A DNA stretch of 64,000 nucleotides from assembly GCA_037141055.1 (NCBI GenBank), contig JBAXDH010000003.1, forward strand, positions 6,256 through 70,255. The letters are read 5' to 3'. Position numbers and translations under genes: made by a program. The notes beneath the pieces are model-generated. The model was given only the letters and a program-made list of their open reading frames with translations. It was not told the DNA's origin and did no database searches. Numbering within the stretch: position 1 is the stretch's first letter; each line of letters opens with the position of its first letter. Shown piece by piece: positions 20,489 through 29,732 of the stretch. This stretch comes from a bacterium. Lineage in GTDB: Bacteria > Bacteroidota > Bacteroidia > Bacteroidales > FEN-979.

Positions 20489-22117
20489 ATGAATAGATCA
20501 AACCTGCTGTTATTCGCTTTCTGTATTTTATTCGCATCCTGCTCAAATTATGATCGTCAGCAGGGGAAAACGGTATTCCGCTACAATGAAGCTGCCAACA
20601 TTTCAACACTGGATCCTGCATTTGCCAAAGATCAAACCATCATCTGGGCGGCAAACCAGGTGTACAACGGTCTTATTCAGCTAAACGACCGGATGGAGAT
20701 TCTCCCTTGTATTGCAACCTCATGGGAAATTTCAGAATCAGGACTGGATTATACGTTTCACCTTCGCCGGGATGTGCTGTTCCATGACAGTCCTGCTTTT
20801 ACAGGCGGCAAAGGGCGCTGCGTGACTGCCAGGGATTTTGTCTTTTCCTTTAACCGGCTCGTTGATCCAAAGGTGGCATCTCCCGGGGCCTGGCTGTTCA
20901 ACAACATCAACCGGTCGGCCGGTCATTCCGCTTTTGAAGCACCCGACGATTCCACCTTCATCATTCACCTGCAGCAGCCGTTTCCACCGTTCCTGAGGAC
21001 GCTCTGCATGCAGTATTGTTCCGTGATTCCGAAAGAAGCAATTGACTACTACGGCGGTGAATTCCGAAGAAATCCGGTTGGCACGGGCCCGTTCATGTTT
21101 AAAATGTGGGAAGAAGGGGTCAAACTGGTGTTGCTGAAGAATCCCCGGTATTTTGAAACCGAAAACGGGCAAAGGCTGCCTTACCTTGATGCCGTGGCCA
21201 TTACATTCGTTCCCGACAAGCAATCGGCCTTCCTCGAATTTATCAAGGGCAATCTCGACCTGATGTCGGGAATTGATCCGACTTACAAAGATGAACTGCT
21301 GACAAAAGAGGGAAAACTTCAGCAGAAGTATTTTTCAACGATCAACCTGATCACACAGCCATACCTGAATACGGAGTACCTGGGGTTCATGGTCGGAAAA
21401 AACAGTACGACCGCGCCTGCGGGCGTTCCTGCGAAGGAAATCAGGAAGGCGATAAACCTTGCCTTTGACAGGAAAAAAATGATCCGCTACCTGCGGAACA
21501 ACATCGGGGTTCCAGGCTGCCAGGGGATTACACCAAAGGGATTGCCTTCGTTTGATTCCGGAAATGTTTTTTACGATTACAATCCTGTAAAAGCACGGCA
21601 ACTGCTTGCCGCCGCCGGCCATCCCGGAGGATCCGGGCTGCCGCCTGTCGTTTTAACATCCACCTCCGATTACCTCGATATCTGCAAATACATCCAGCAC
21701 CAGGTTTCGGCAATCGGCATTGATCTCAGGATCGAGGTGAGTCCTCCGGCTGCCGTGAAAGAGATGAAAGCCGAAGCAAAGCTGCCTTTTTTCAGGGCTT
21801 CATGGATCGCGGATTACCCGGATGCTGAAAATTACCTTTCGATGTTCTATTCAAAAAATTTCTGTCCGAAAGGACCGAATTACACCCATTTTTCGAACCC
21901 GGAATTTGACCGTCTGTACGAAAAATCAATGGAAACCGTCAGCGATTCGCTGAGATTCAGCTACTACCGCCGGATGGAAAACATCATGATGGAGGAGGCG
22001 CCGGTGGTGATTCTCTACTATGACCAGGTACTTCGCTTTGTGCGGAAGAATATCCGCGGACTTGGCAGCAACCCGATGAACCTCCTGACGCTGAAACACG
22101 TTACAAAGTCACGGTAA
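20489..22117 (+). CDS. ABC-transporter family-5 (peptide/nickel type) substrate-binding lipoprotein, orphan
   Basis: 542-aa ORF with a lipoprotein signal (LLFAFCILFASCSNY). Sequence character is SBP_bac_5-like (TLDPAFAKDQ, DVLFHD, VTARDFVFSF, ASWIADYPDAENYL). No permease or ATPase genes are nearby. Confidence 0.85.
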   Translation: MNRSNLLLFAFCILFASCSNYDRQQGKTVFRYNEAANISTLDPAFAKDQTIIWAANQVYNGLIQLNDRMEILPCIATSWEISESGLDYTFHLRRDVLFHDSPAFTGGKGRCVTARDFVFSFNRLVDPKVASPGAWLFNNINRSAGHSAFEAPDDSTFIIHLQQPFPPFLRTLCMQYCSVIPKEAIDYYGGEFRRNPVGTGPFMFKMWEEGVKLVLLKNPRYFETENGQRLPYLDAVAITFVPDKQSAFLEFIKGNLDLMSGIDPTYKDELLTKEGKLQQKYFSTINLITQPYLNTEYLGFMVGKNSTTAPAGVPAKEIRKAINLAFDRKKMIRYLRNNIGVPGCQGITPKGLPSFDSGNVFYDYNPVKARQLLAAAGHPGGSGLPPVVLTSTSDYLDICKYIQHQVSAIGIDLRIEVSPPAAVKEMKAEAKLPFFRASWIADYPDAENYLSMFYSKNFCPKGPNYTHFSNPEFDRLYEKSMETVSDSLRFSYYRRMENIMMEEAPVVILYYDQVLRFVRKNIRGLGSNPMNLLTLKHVTKSR

Positions 22118-22868
22118 GTCCGTCGTACGCCAGTTTCACAAAACCGGGCAACTCCGTGCTGACATCCTTAAACGTTCCCATCTGGTGGCTTATGTGCGTC
22201 AGGAAACCCTGTTCCGGCTGAAATTCCTGCATCAGGGCAAGGGCTTCCTCCAGGTTAAAATGAGAATAATGCTTTTGTTTCCTGAGCGCGTTCAGAACGA
22301 TGATTTTCGACCCCCTGATCTTATCCTTTTCCTTCTGCGGAATACTGACAGCATCCGTTATATATGTAAAATCGCCGATACGGAACCCGAATACAAATTT
22401 GTCGCTGTTATAATGCAACGCCTTTACCGGAATGATCTTTTGCCCGCCGATCACAAAAGGTTTGTTTACCAGCCGGTGAAGTACGATCTCGGGAACACCG
22501 GGGTAGGGGTTCTTTTCAAATGCATAGGAGAATTCAAGCCTGATGTTGCGCTGTACATCGGCCGAGGCATATACATCGGCAGGCCTGCTGTTGATATAGT
22601 TAAATGCACGGACATCATCCAGTCCGCCAATGTGGTCCTTATGTCCATGCGTTATCAGGATGGCATCAACCGACCTGATGTTTTCACGGAGCATCTGCTG
22701 CCTGAAATCAGGTCCGCAATCGATGATAATCCGGTGGTCATCCGTTTCAACGGAGATGGCTGAACGCAACCTTTTGTCGCGTACATCCGCCGATTTGCAG
22801 ACTTCGCATTCGCAGGCGATCACGGGCACTCCCTGCGAAGTTCCGGTACCAAGAAAGGTGATCTTCAT
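22101..22868 (-). CDS. MBL-fold metallo-hydrolase (PhnP-like)
   Basis: 255-aa ORF starting MKITFLGTGTSQGVP, with a CxxC pair (CECEVC) and the HxHxDH motif (THGHKDHIGG). It converges on, and overlaps by 17 nt, the SBP gene. Confidence 0.85.
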   Translation of the reverse strand: MKITFLGTGTSQGVPVIACECEVCKSADVRDKRLRSAISVETDDHRIIIDCGPDFRQQMLRENIRSVDAILITHGHKDHIGGLDDVRAFNYINSRPADVYASADVQRNIRLEFSYAFEKNPYPGVPEIVLHRLVNKPFVIGGQKIIPVKALHYNSDKFVFGFRIGDFTYITDAVSIPQKEKDKIRGSKIIVLNALRKQKHYSHFNLEEALALMQEFQPEQGFLTHISHQMGTFKDVSTELPGFVKLAYDGLTVTL

Positions 22869-22972
22869 TTTTCAAAATTATACTTTATTAACAAAGGAAA
22901 TAATACTTTGCCGGGAAACAATGCGTTTACTTCCGATTACGATGCCATTTTGCTTGGTTCATCAGGAATGAT

Positions 22973-22980
22973 TACCTTTG
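22973..22980 (+). promoter_or_regulatory. Bacteroidota -7 promoter box TACCTTTG with upstream TTTG
   Basis: TAnnTTTG match, with TTTG at 22948-22951 (21-bp spacing). It lies 35 nt upstream of the ATG at 23015. Confidence 0.5.
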
Positions 22981-23014
22981 CAAATCAGTATGAATGAAGA
23001 ACTAACTGAAAATT

Positions 23015-23572
23015 ATGTTTGCAAGACTTAGAACTAAAATCGGACAATATTATTACAGGAAAGAGCAATCGCGTTCTGAGCGTATGTGCCAGATGATAAA
23101 TCTGAAGGACGCCAAACGGATCGGGATCCTGTACACGCTTGATGATGTTCCTGATTATGACAGAGTTTCGCAATTCGTTTCGCAATTACAGGGAGATCAT
23201 AAAGAGGTAAAAGCGCTGGGTTTTGTAAAAAACAAGATCCTTGTTCAGCGGTTTTTACCGAAATTATCGTACGATTTCTTTTCCAGGCGTGATCTTACGT
23301 GGTTTTACAAACCCATTCACAAGCAGGTAAAAGATTTTATTGAAAATGAGTTTGACCTGTTGATTGATCTTAGTCTTCATGATAATTTTGCGTTGAAATA
23401 TATTTCAGGACTGTCAAAAGCCCTGTTCCGGGTTGGCAAGTTTTCGGAGATAAATGCCGAATATTATGATCTGATGATCGATATGAAGCCAACCACCACT
23501 TCTGAGGAATACCTCCTGCAGGTTCAGCATTATCTTACCGTGATCAAACCGTATGCGAAAAGGATTTCATAA
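23015..23572 (+). CDS. Hypothetical protein (conserved Bacteroidota-type, unknown function)
   Basis: 185-aa ORF with its own promoter box. No signal peptide and no motif I recognise. Its 3' end overlaps the dapA start by 20 nt. Confidence 0.6.
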   Translation: MFARLRTKIGQYYYRKEQSRSERMCQMINLKDAKRIGILYTLDDVPDYDRVSQFVSQLQGDHKEVKALGFVKNKILVQRFLPKLSYDFFSRRDLTWFYKPIHKQVKDFIENEFDLLIDLSLHDNFALKYISGLSKALFRVGKFSEINAEYYDLMIDMKPTTTSEEYLLQVQHYLTVIKPYAKRIS

Positions 23573-24446
23573 ATTCCAGGGAACGGGTGTCGCCATTGTG
23601 ACTCCGTTCAAAAAAAGCGGGGCCATTGATTTTGAAGCATTTGAAAAAATCATTAACCACATTATCAATGGCGGTGTAAATTTCATCGTCGTCCTTGGTA
23701 CGACCGGCGAATCATCCACCGTTTCCAAACCTGAAAAAAAAGCCCTTGTCGAATTTGCGGTCAGGGCCATTAACAAGCGGGTTCCGCTGGTGGTGGGAAT
23801 CGGCGGGAACAGCACTTCAGATGTTGTCCTGGCTATTCACCGCACGCCGTTGAAAGGTGTCGACGGGATACTTTCGGTATGTCCGTATTATTCGAAGCCG
23901 CAACAGGAAGGCATTTACCAGCATTTCAAGATTATTGCAGAAACAAGCCCTGTTCCGGTCATCCTGTATACGGTACCCGGACGGACCAGCAGCAACATCG
24001 CGGCGCCCACCACCTTGAGGCTTGCGAAAGATTGTCCGAATATTGTCGGCATCAAGGAGGCATCGGGTAATTTTGACCAGATCTTCCAGGTGATAAAGAA
24101 CAGGCCCAAGGATTTTTTAGTGCTGTCGGGTGATGACGCGCTGACGCTGCCGCTGATTGCCGCAGGGGCAGATGGAGTCATTTCCGTTACGGCAAACGCC
24201 TTTCCGAAGGAGTTTTCAAAGATGGTCAGCCATGCGCGGGAGGCCAATTTCAAGTCTGCCAGGGCTTTCCATTATAAACTGGTTGATTTTACGAATTCCC
24301 TGTTTGCAGATGGCAGCCCGTCAGGGATAAAAGCAGCCCTGGAACTGAAAAAGCTTTGTCATAATTACCTGCGACTACCCCTGGTGCCGGTAAACCAGGA
24401 AGCCTATAAGTTAATTCACCTTTGCATTGACCAAATCGAAAAATAG
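23553..24446 (+). CDS. dapA: 4-hydroxy-tetrahydrodipicolinate synthase
   Basis: 297-aa ORF with GTGVAIVTPF, VVLGTTGES, PYYSKP and the active-site lysine context VGIKEASG. Confidence 0.93.
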   Translation: MRKGFHKFQGTGVAIVTPFKKSGAIDFEAFEKIINHIINGGVNFIVVLGTTGESSTVSKPEKKALVEFAVRAINKRVPLVVGIGGNSTSDVVLAIHRTPLKGVDGILSVCPYYSKPQQEGIYQHFKIIAETSPVPVILYTVPGRTSSNIAAPTTLRLAKDCPNIVGIKEASGNFDQIFQVIKNRPKDFLVLSGDDALTLPLIAAGADGVISVTANAFPKEFSKMVSHAREANFKSARAFHYKLVDFTNSLFADGSPSGIKAALELKKLCHNYLRLPLVPVNQEAYKLIHLCIDQIEK

Positions 24447-24447
24447 C

Positions 24448-26181
24448 ATGAAAAACATATACATTGGGCTGGTTGCATTTTTTTTCATTGCCATAGCCCG
24501 GCCGGCCATCTCGCAAAATGCCGATGTTCATTTGCTGGACAGCATTTTCGCCAACAGGGGAGAAGTGTATTTTTCTTTTAAAATTTCCGACAGGGATGAT
24601 CTGCATTTCCTTACACGGATGATCTCCATCGACAACGTGAAAGGCAAAACAGTTCTGGCCTACGCAAACAAAAAAGAATTTTCCGGGTTTTTGAAATACA
24701 AAGCCGATTACAAAATTTTACCCCCTCCTGGATCCCTGTTAAATGAATCGGAGATCAATCCAATAAGAACTGGTGATACTCCCGGCGACCGCACGCTGTG
24801 GAATTTTTATCCTACCTATGAGCAATATGTAGGATTCATGACCGGTTTTGCCGCCTCTTATCCCAATCTTTGTCGGTTGGATACTGTGGGGCAATCCATC
24901 CAGGGCAGGCTGATCCTTGCTTTACGAATCAGCAAGAATATCAGCATCGAAGAGCCCGAACCGCAATTTCTCTATACATCATCCATTCATGGCGATGAAA
25001 CCACAGGGTATGTGCTCATGCTGCACCTTATTGACCACCTGCTGTCCAATTACGGAACCGACCCGGTTGTAACGGACCTTGTAAACACCACGGAAATATG
25101 CATCAATCCCCTGTCAAATCCCGATGGCACGTATCATGGCGGAAATAATAGCGTGAACGGGGCGGTGCGTTACAATGCGAACAATATCGACCTGAACCGG
25201 AATTTTCCCGATCCCAAAGTGGGCCAGCATCCCGACGGCAATCCGTGGCAGCCTGAAACCCAGGCCTGGATGAGTTATGCCGACAACAACCATTTCACAA
25301 TGTCCGCTAATTTTCACGGCGGGGCCGAGGTGTTCAATTATCCATGGGACACTTGGGCAAAACTGGCGGCCGATGATGACTGGTGGCAGTTTGTCGGCCG
25401 GGAATGGGCAGACACTGTTCATAAATACAGTCCGTCGGGGTATTTCACCGATCTGGTGAACGGGATTACCAACGGGTACGCCTGGTATGAACTCAACGGA
25501 GGCAGGCAGGATTACATGAATTACTGGCACAACTGCCGTGAAGTGACGGTTGAGATATCGAGTATCAAGCTATTGCCTGCAAGCCAGTTAATCTCATTCT
25601 GGAATTATAATTATCGATCTTTTCTGAACTATATCAAAGAAACGCATTATGGATTTAACGGTACTGTCACTGATACCGTAACCGACCTGCCCATCGCAGC
25701 AAAAGTGTTCATCACCGGCCACGACCAGGATTTTTCGGAGGTGTATTCACGCGGAACCACGGGATTTTATGCCCGCCCGATTCATGATGGCAGTTACAAC
25801 GTGACGTTTACCGCCCCTGGGTATTTTGCGAAGACCATCAACAATGTGACGGTTTCAAACCGTAATACCACCAGCCTCAGCGTGCAGTTGCGCCCGCTTA
25901 CATACGATGCCCAGGATAAGAGTGTGATTTCCGTGGTTGTGTATCCCAACCCGTCCGACGGTCATTTCAGGTTGATTTTACCCGAAAATCCAATCAATCC
26001 ATCCTGTTCCATCCAGATCATCGATCTTCTTGGAAATGTTGTTTACAGGTCGGATGTAGCGCGTTATTCCGGGAACTCTACGGTTGAGATTGATGTTCCC
26101 GGCCTTTCAAACGGCCTTTATTATCTGAAGTTTAATTCGGGCTACCGGATTTACCTTGATAAGCTGATCATCAGGAAATAA
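24448..26181 (+). CDS. M14-family zinc carboxypeptidase with T9SS C-terminal sorting domain
   Basis: Signal peptide, SIHGDETTG (HxxE zinc ligands), DLNRNFP and ANFHGGAEV. A carboxypeptidase-regulatory-like beta domain follows (GTVTD...YNVTFTAPGY). C-terminus VYPNPSDGHFRL...LYYLKF...LIIRK. Start set at ATG 24448; the ORF-track start at 24427 is a TTG inside dapA. Confidence 0.9.
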   Translation: MKNIYIGLVAFFFIAIARPAISQNADVHLLDSIFANRGEVYFSFKISDRDDLHFLTRMISIDNVKGKTVLAYANKKEFSGFLKYKADYKILPPPGSLLNESEINPIRTGDTPGDRTLWNFYPTYEQYVGFMTGFAASYPNLCRLDTVGQSIQGRLILALRISKNISIEEPEPQFLYTSSIHGDETTGYVLMLHLIDHLLSNYGTDPVVTDLVNTTEICINPLSNPDGTYHGGNNSVNGAVRYNANNIDLNRNFPDPKVGQHPDGNPWQPETQAWMSYADNNHFTMSANFHGGAEVFNYPWDTWAKLAADDDWWQFVGREWADTVHKYSPSGYFTDLVNGITNGYAWYELNGGRQDYMNYWHNCREVTVEISSIKLLPASQLISFWNYNYRSFLNYIKETHYGFNGTVTDTVTDLPIAAKVFITGHDQDFSEVYSRGTTGFYARPIHDGSYNVTFTAPGYFAKTINNVTVSNRNTTSLSVQLRPLTYDAQDKSVISVVVYPNPSDGHFRLILPENPINPSCSIQIIDLLGNVVYRSDVARYSGNSTVEIDVPGLSNGLYYLKFNSGYRIYLDKLIIRK

Positions 26182-26190
26182 CGATCCGAT

Positions 26191-27120
26191 TCACAGCCTG
26201 ACGCCGATTCCGAAAATAATCCTGAATGACAAAAGCATCACAACCGTAATGACCGGCAGGATCAGGTTGTATTTTATGGTGCGTGGCTCTTCGTCAAAAT
26301 AGGCATCCTCCATGCTGAAACTTCTGCCAAGGATCGGGATCAGAAACAGTATCATCGATAAATTTATCGCTATCTCGAATGCGGTGACCTTCGGCAGTTT
26401 AAGGATGAAAATAACCAGGTTTCCGACAAAATAGGGAATAAAAAACTGGCTCAGGATAAACCTGATCCTGTATCTGCCGAGCAGATCGTTAAAGTAGATA
26501 TTGGCCGAATGCAATGACAGGCGCGTAATTATCAAGCCTATCGTAAACATGGCGACAAACCCTGCGATGGTCAGAATCACCTTGCCAGTGTCCATTACAA
26601 ACAGGTACATTAGCACATATCCAAACCCTTTGCTGAGTATGGCACCGACAAGAATTTCGCCGAAAAACCTCGTAAGCATGTGGAATATCATCCACAGGAG
26701 CAGCAATCGCAAGATACCGGTTTCGGTTTCAACATTTTTGTACAGTATGATCATCAGGAGGGACAGCACAAACATGGCGATTGGCCCGCTGCTGAATACT
26801 CCTGAAACGGAATCGGGGGTCCATTCGACTCCCCTTATCAGAAAATCAACATCATAATAAAAAATCTTGACCGGGATGTCAAATATAATGGCTGTATAGC
26901 CAACGATAAAAAGGTTGAGAAGATTCACAACCAGGTAGGCAATCAGGAAAAGCATGCAGGAATTTAATGAGATGACATTAAAAGTTCCCTTTGGAATCTC
27001 GACCTTACCCGTCAACCCCGCCTTTGACAACGTGAAGAGGGAACCTGTTCTCGCCAGGAAGCGAATTTTACGGTATCCGATGTACAGCCTGTTGTCCGGT
27101 GAGATTAACCTTTTTTGCAT
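26191..27120 (-). CDS. Polytopic membrane protein of unknown function
   Basis: 309-aa ORF with about 8 hydrophobic helices. It starts 2 nt after the stop of the upstream alpha-oxoamine synthase gene, so it is probably co-transcribed. Confidence 0.65.
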   Translation of the reverse strand: MQKRLISPDNRLYIGYRKIRFLARTGSLFTLSKAGLTGKVEIPKGTFNVISLNSCMLFLIAYLVVNLLNLFIVGYTAIIFDIPVKIFYYDVDFLIRGVEWTPDSVSGVFSSGPIAMFVLSLLMIILYKNVETETGILRLLLLWMIFHMLTRFFGEILVGAILSKGFGYVLMYLFVMDTGKVILTIAGFVAMFTIGLIITRLSLHSANIYFNDLLGRYRIRFILSQFFIPYFVGNLVIFILKLPKVTAFEIAINLSMILFLIPILGRSFSMEDAYFDEEPRTIKYNLILPVITVVMLLSFRIIFGIGVRL

Positions 27121-27122
27121 TC

Positions 27123-28376
27123 CTAAAATTTGTCTGCCAGGAGTGGAATTCCCCCTGTGGCATATTTCCCGGCATCAAGATTTTTGCGAACCTCGGCGAA
27201 GGCATCGATGGTCCTGTTTACATCCTCGATGGTATGCGATGCTGTGGGGATGAGCCTGAGCATGATTACTCCCTTGGGCACAACGGGGTAGATAACCACG
27301 GAGCAGAATATGCCGAAATTTTCCCGAAGGTCTGCAATAACCTGTGTGGCTTCAACAGGCCCGCCTTTCAGGAATACAGGCGTTACCGGGGACTGGGTTT
27401 TGCCGATATCAAATCCTTTGTCACGTAATCCCGTCTGAAGTGCGGTAACGATGGTCCAGAGTTTTTCACGCAACTCAGGATGGGTACGGATCATATCCAG
27501 ACGTTTCAGTGAGCCCACAACCATTGGCAACGGGAGGGACTTCGCGTAAATCTGAGACCGCATTTTGAAAGTCAGCGCTTTAATGATACGCTTTTCACTG
27601 GCAACAAATGCCCCGATTCCGGCCATTGCCTTTGCGAAGGTTCCAAAATAAACGTCAACTTCATCCATCACATTTTGTTCCTGGCTTGTTCCTGCCCCGG
27701 TGTTTCCCATTGTTCCAAAGCCATGGGCATCGTCAACCAGCAGCCTGAATCCGTATTTTTCTTTAAACTGCAGGATTCCATTCAGGTTTCCAAGGTCACC
27801 GGGCATTCCGAAAACCCCTTCAGTGATGACCAGTATCCCGCCTCCGGTCGCGTCGGCAACTTTGCGGGCGTGGATGATCTGGCTTTCGAATTTTTCCATG
27901 TCATTGTGCGGAAATACGAATCGCTTGCCGATGTGCAAACGAAGCCCGTCGAGGATGCACGCATGCGACTCGGAATCGTAAACAACAACATCGTGACGGT
28001 CGAGCATCGAGTCGATGATCGACACCATGCCCATATAGCCGAAATTGAGGAGATAGGCTGCCTCCTTGTTTTCAAAAGCGGCAAGTTCCTGCTCGAGTTG
28101 CTGGTGGTAACTTGTCTGGCCCGACATCATGCGGGCTCCCATCGGGGCGGCAAGTCCAAACTTCTCAGAAGCATCGGTATCGGCTTTGCGGACTTCCGGA
28201 TGGTTGGCCAGGCCGAGATAATTGTTAAGGCTCCACACAAGGACCGGTTTTCCCCTGAAATACATGTGATTTGAAATTTCCCCTTCCAGTTTCGGAAAAG
28301 AAAAATACCCGAAACCTGCATCGGCATACATGCCGAGAGGCCCCATGTTGCCAGCAACTTTATCGAAAATATCCAC
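27123..28376 (-). CDS. Alpha-oxoamine synthase family PLP enzyme (serine palmitoyltransferase / cysteate-fatty-acyltransferase / KBL-like)
   Basis: 417-aa ORF with WSLNNYLGLANHPEV, LLNFGYMGM, DSESHACILDG, LLVDDAHGFG and the PLP-lysine context FGTFAKAMA. By recollection it is very similar overall to the roughly 420-aa Bacteroidota SPT/CFAT-like family. The start is a GTG at 28376. Confidence 0.9.
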   Translation of the reverse strand: MDIFDKVAGNMGPLGMYADAGFGYFSFPKLEGEISNHMYFRGKPVLVWSLNNYLGLANHPEVRKADTDASEKFGLAAPMGARMMSGQTSYHQQLEQELAAFENKEAAYLLNFGYMGMVSIIDSMLDRHDVVVYDSESHACILDGLRLHIGKRFVFPHNDMEKFESQIIHARKVADATGGGILVITEGVFGMPGDLGNLNGILQFKEKYGFRLLVDDAHGFGTMGNTGAGTSQEQNVMDEVDVYFGTFAKAMAGIGAFVASEKRIIKALTFKMRSQIYAKSLPLPMVVGSLKRLDMIRTHPELREKLWTIVTALQTGLRDKGFDIGKTQSPVTPVFLKGGPVEATQVIADLRENFGIFCSVVIYPVVPKGVIMLRLIPTASHTIEDVNRTIDAFAEVRKNLDAGKYATGGIPLLADKF

Positions 28377-28422
28377 CTTTTAAGAATTTAGTTTAACGAA
28401 TAATAAATGTTTTACCTGTGTG

Positions 28423-28430
28423 CAAAAGTA
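28423..28430 (-). promoter_or_regulatory. Bacteroidota -7 promoter box TACTTTTG (minus strand)
   Basis: The reverse complement of CAAAAGTA is TACTTTTG. It lies about 47 nt upstream of the GTG at 28376. Confidence 0.45.
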
Positions 28431-28504
28431 CCAAAAAACAAATACTTTTTAACTCATAGAATCGTTAGCAGTAGTTAATATTATGATATTTCCACATAAA
28501 GTTG

Positions 28505-28512
28505 TAATTTTG
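28505..28512 (+). promoter_or_regulatory. Bacteroidota -7 promoter box TAATTTTG directly before bamD
   Basis: TAnnTTTG match ending 4 nt before the ATG at 28517. If functional, it implies a leaderless or near-leaderless transcript. Confidence 0.35.
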
Positions 28513-28516
28513 CAAA

Positions 28517-29377
28517 ATGAAGTATAAGGCCATCTTTTTAATAGCTTTCAGCCTGCTGTTCACGCTTTCCTCCTGTAAATTCCAAAAAATCCTGAAGAGT
28601 GGTTCCGTGGATGAGAAGTACGAGGCTGCCGTGAAGTTGTATACCCAGAAGGATTACTCCAGGGCGTTGCAGCTCTTTGACCAGCTGGCCGGTGCGATGC
28701 GCGCCACAGACAAGGCCCAGAAGATCGCTTATTATTACGCTTTTTGTTATTACAATCAGAAGGATCTCACCCTTGCGGCATATTATTTCAAGCGGTATTC
28801 AACAAACTATCCGAACAGTGCGGAGGCTGAAGAGTGCATGTTCATGGGGGCCTATTGCAATTTCCTGAATTCCCCGGAATACAGCCTCGATCAAACAATT
28901 ACATACGATGCCCTGAAGGATTTGCAATTGTTTACGAACACGTATCCCACCAGCAAAAGAGTATCAGAGTGCAACGATCTTATCGACAAGCTCAGGCTGA
29001 AACTGGAGATGAAGGATTACAAGATCGCCAAGCTGTTTTACCGCATGGATGACTATACGGCATCCATTCAAATGCTGAACAATATTCTGAAAGATTTCCC
29101 CGACACCCCTCATAAGGAAGAAGTTTTATTTCTGATCATAAAATCATATCACAAGTTTGCCAAGCAAAGTATTTTTGAAAAGCAAAAAGATCGCCACGCG
29201 AAAGCCATATTAGCCTACAATGAATTTGTGGCACAATACCCCGAGAGCAAGTTCATGGCTGAAGCGTCAGACATGAAGGAGCGGTCAAGAAAAGAGCTGG
29301 AAGGCATCTATGACAGGGATCAGAAAAAAATACTTCATGAAAGTTCTAAAATTCAATCATTAACCCCAATAAAGTGA
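28517..29377 (+). CDS. bamD: Outer membrane protein assembly factor BamD (TPR lipoprotein)
   Basis: Lipoprotein signal FSLLFTLSSCKF and TPR-like repeats (YEAAVKLYTQKDYSRALQLF). It occupies the conserved position upstream of rpoZ-coaBC. Confidence 0.85.
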   Translation: MKYKAIFLIAFSLLFTLSSCKFQKILKSGSVDEKYEAAVKLYTQKDYSRALQLFDQLAGAMRATDKAQKIAYYYAFCYYNQKDLTLAAYYFKRYSTNYPNSAEAEECMFMGAYCNFLNSPEYSLDQTITYDALKDLQLFTNTYPTSKRVSECNDLIDKLRLKLEMKDYKIAKLFYRMDDYTASIQMLNNILKDFPDTPHKEEVLFLIIKSYHKFAKQSIFEKQKDRHAKAILAYNEFVAQYPESKFMAEASDMKERSRKELEGIYDRDQKKILHESSKIQSLTPIK

Positions 29378-29379
29378 CC

Positions 29380-29715
29380 ATGGATTATAAAAAGGTAAAA
29401 ACGGATGTTCACGCTGTAACCCGCAATATTGAGGATTTCACGGCAGGTACCAACAACATGTATGAAACTGTTGCTGTCATTTCCAAGCGTGCAAATCAGA
29501 TTGGCCTTGAAATTAAGGAAGAACTGAACCAGAAGCTCTCGGAATTTGCAACAACGACCGATAACCTCGAAGAGGTATTTGAAAATCGTGAGCAGATCGA
29601 GATCGCCAAGTATTACGAACATCTTCCTAAACCTACGTTAATCGCCATTCATGAATACCTCAACGGCGAGGTTTATTTTCGCAATCCCCATAAGGAGCGG
29701 CCAGAGGACTTTTAA
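29380..29715 (+). CDS. rpoZ: DNA-directed RNA polymerase subunit omega
   Basis: About 111 aa, with NMYETVAVISKRANQI matching the omega core helix. Conserved bamD-rpoZ-coaBC synteny supports the call. ATG 29380 preferred over the ORF-track GTG at 29374. Confidence 0.75.
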   Translation: MDYKKVKTDVHAVTRNIEDFTAGTNNMYETVAVISKRANQIGLEIKEELNQKLSEFATTTDNLEEVFENREQIEIAKYYEHLPKPTLIAIHEYLNGEVYFRNPHKERPEDF

Positions 29716-29732
29716 CAATAACTCATTCCGTC

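Noticed and set aside
27675-28274. 199-aa plus-strand ORF
   Set aside because: It is antisense to the alpha-oxoamine synthase gene, whose PLP-enzyme motifs are unambiguous.
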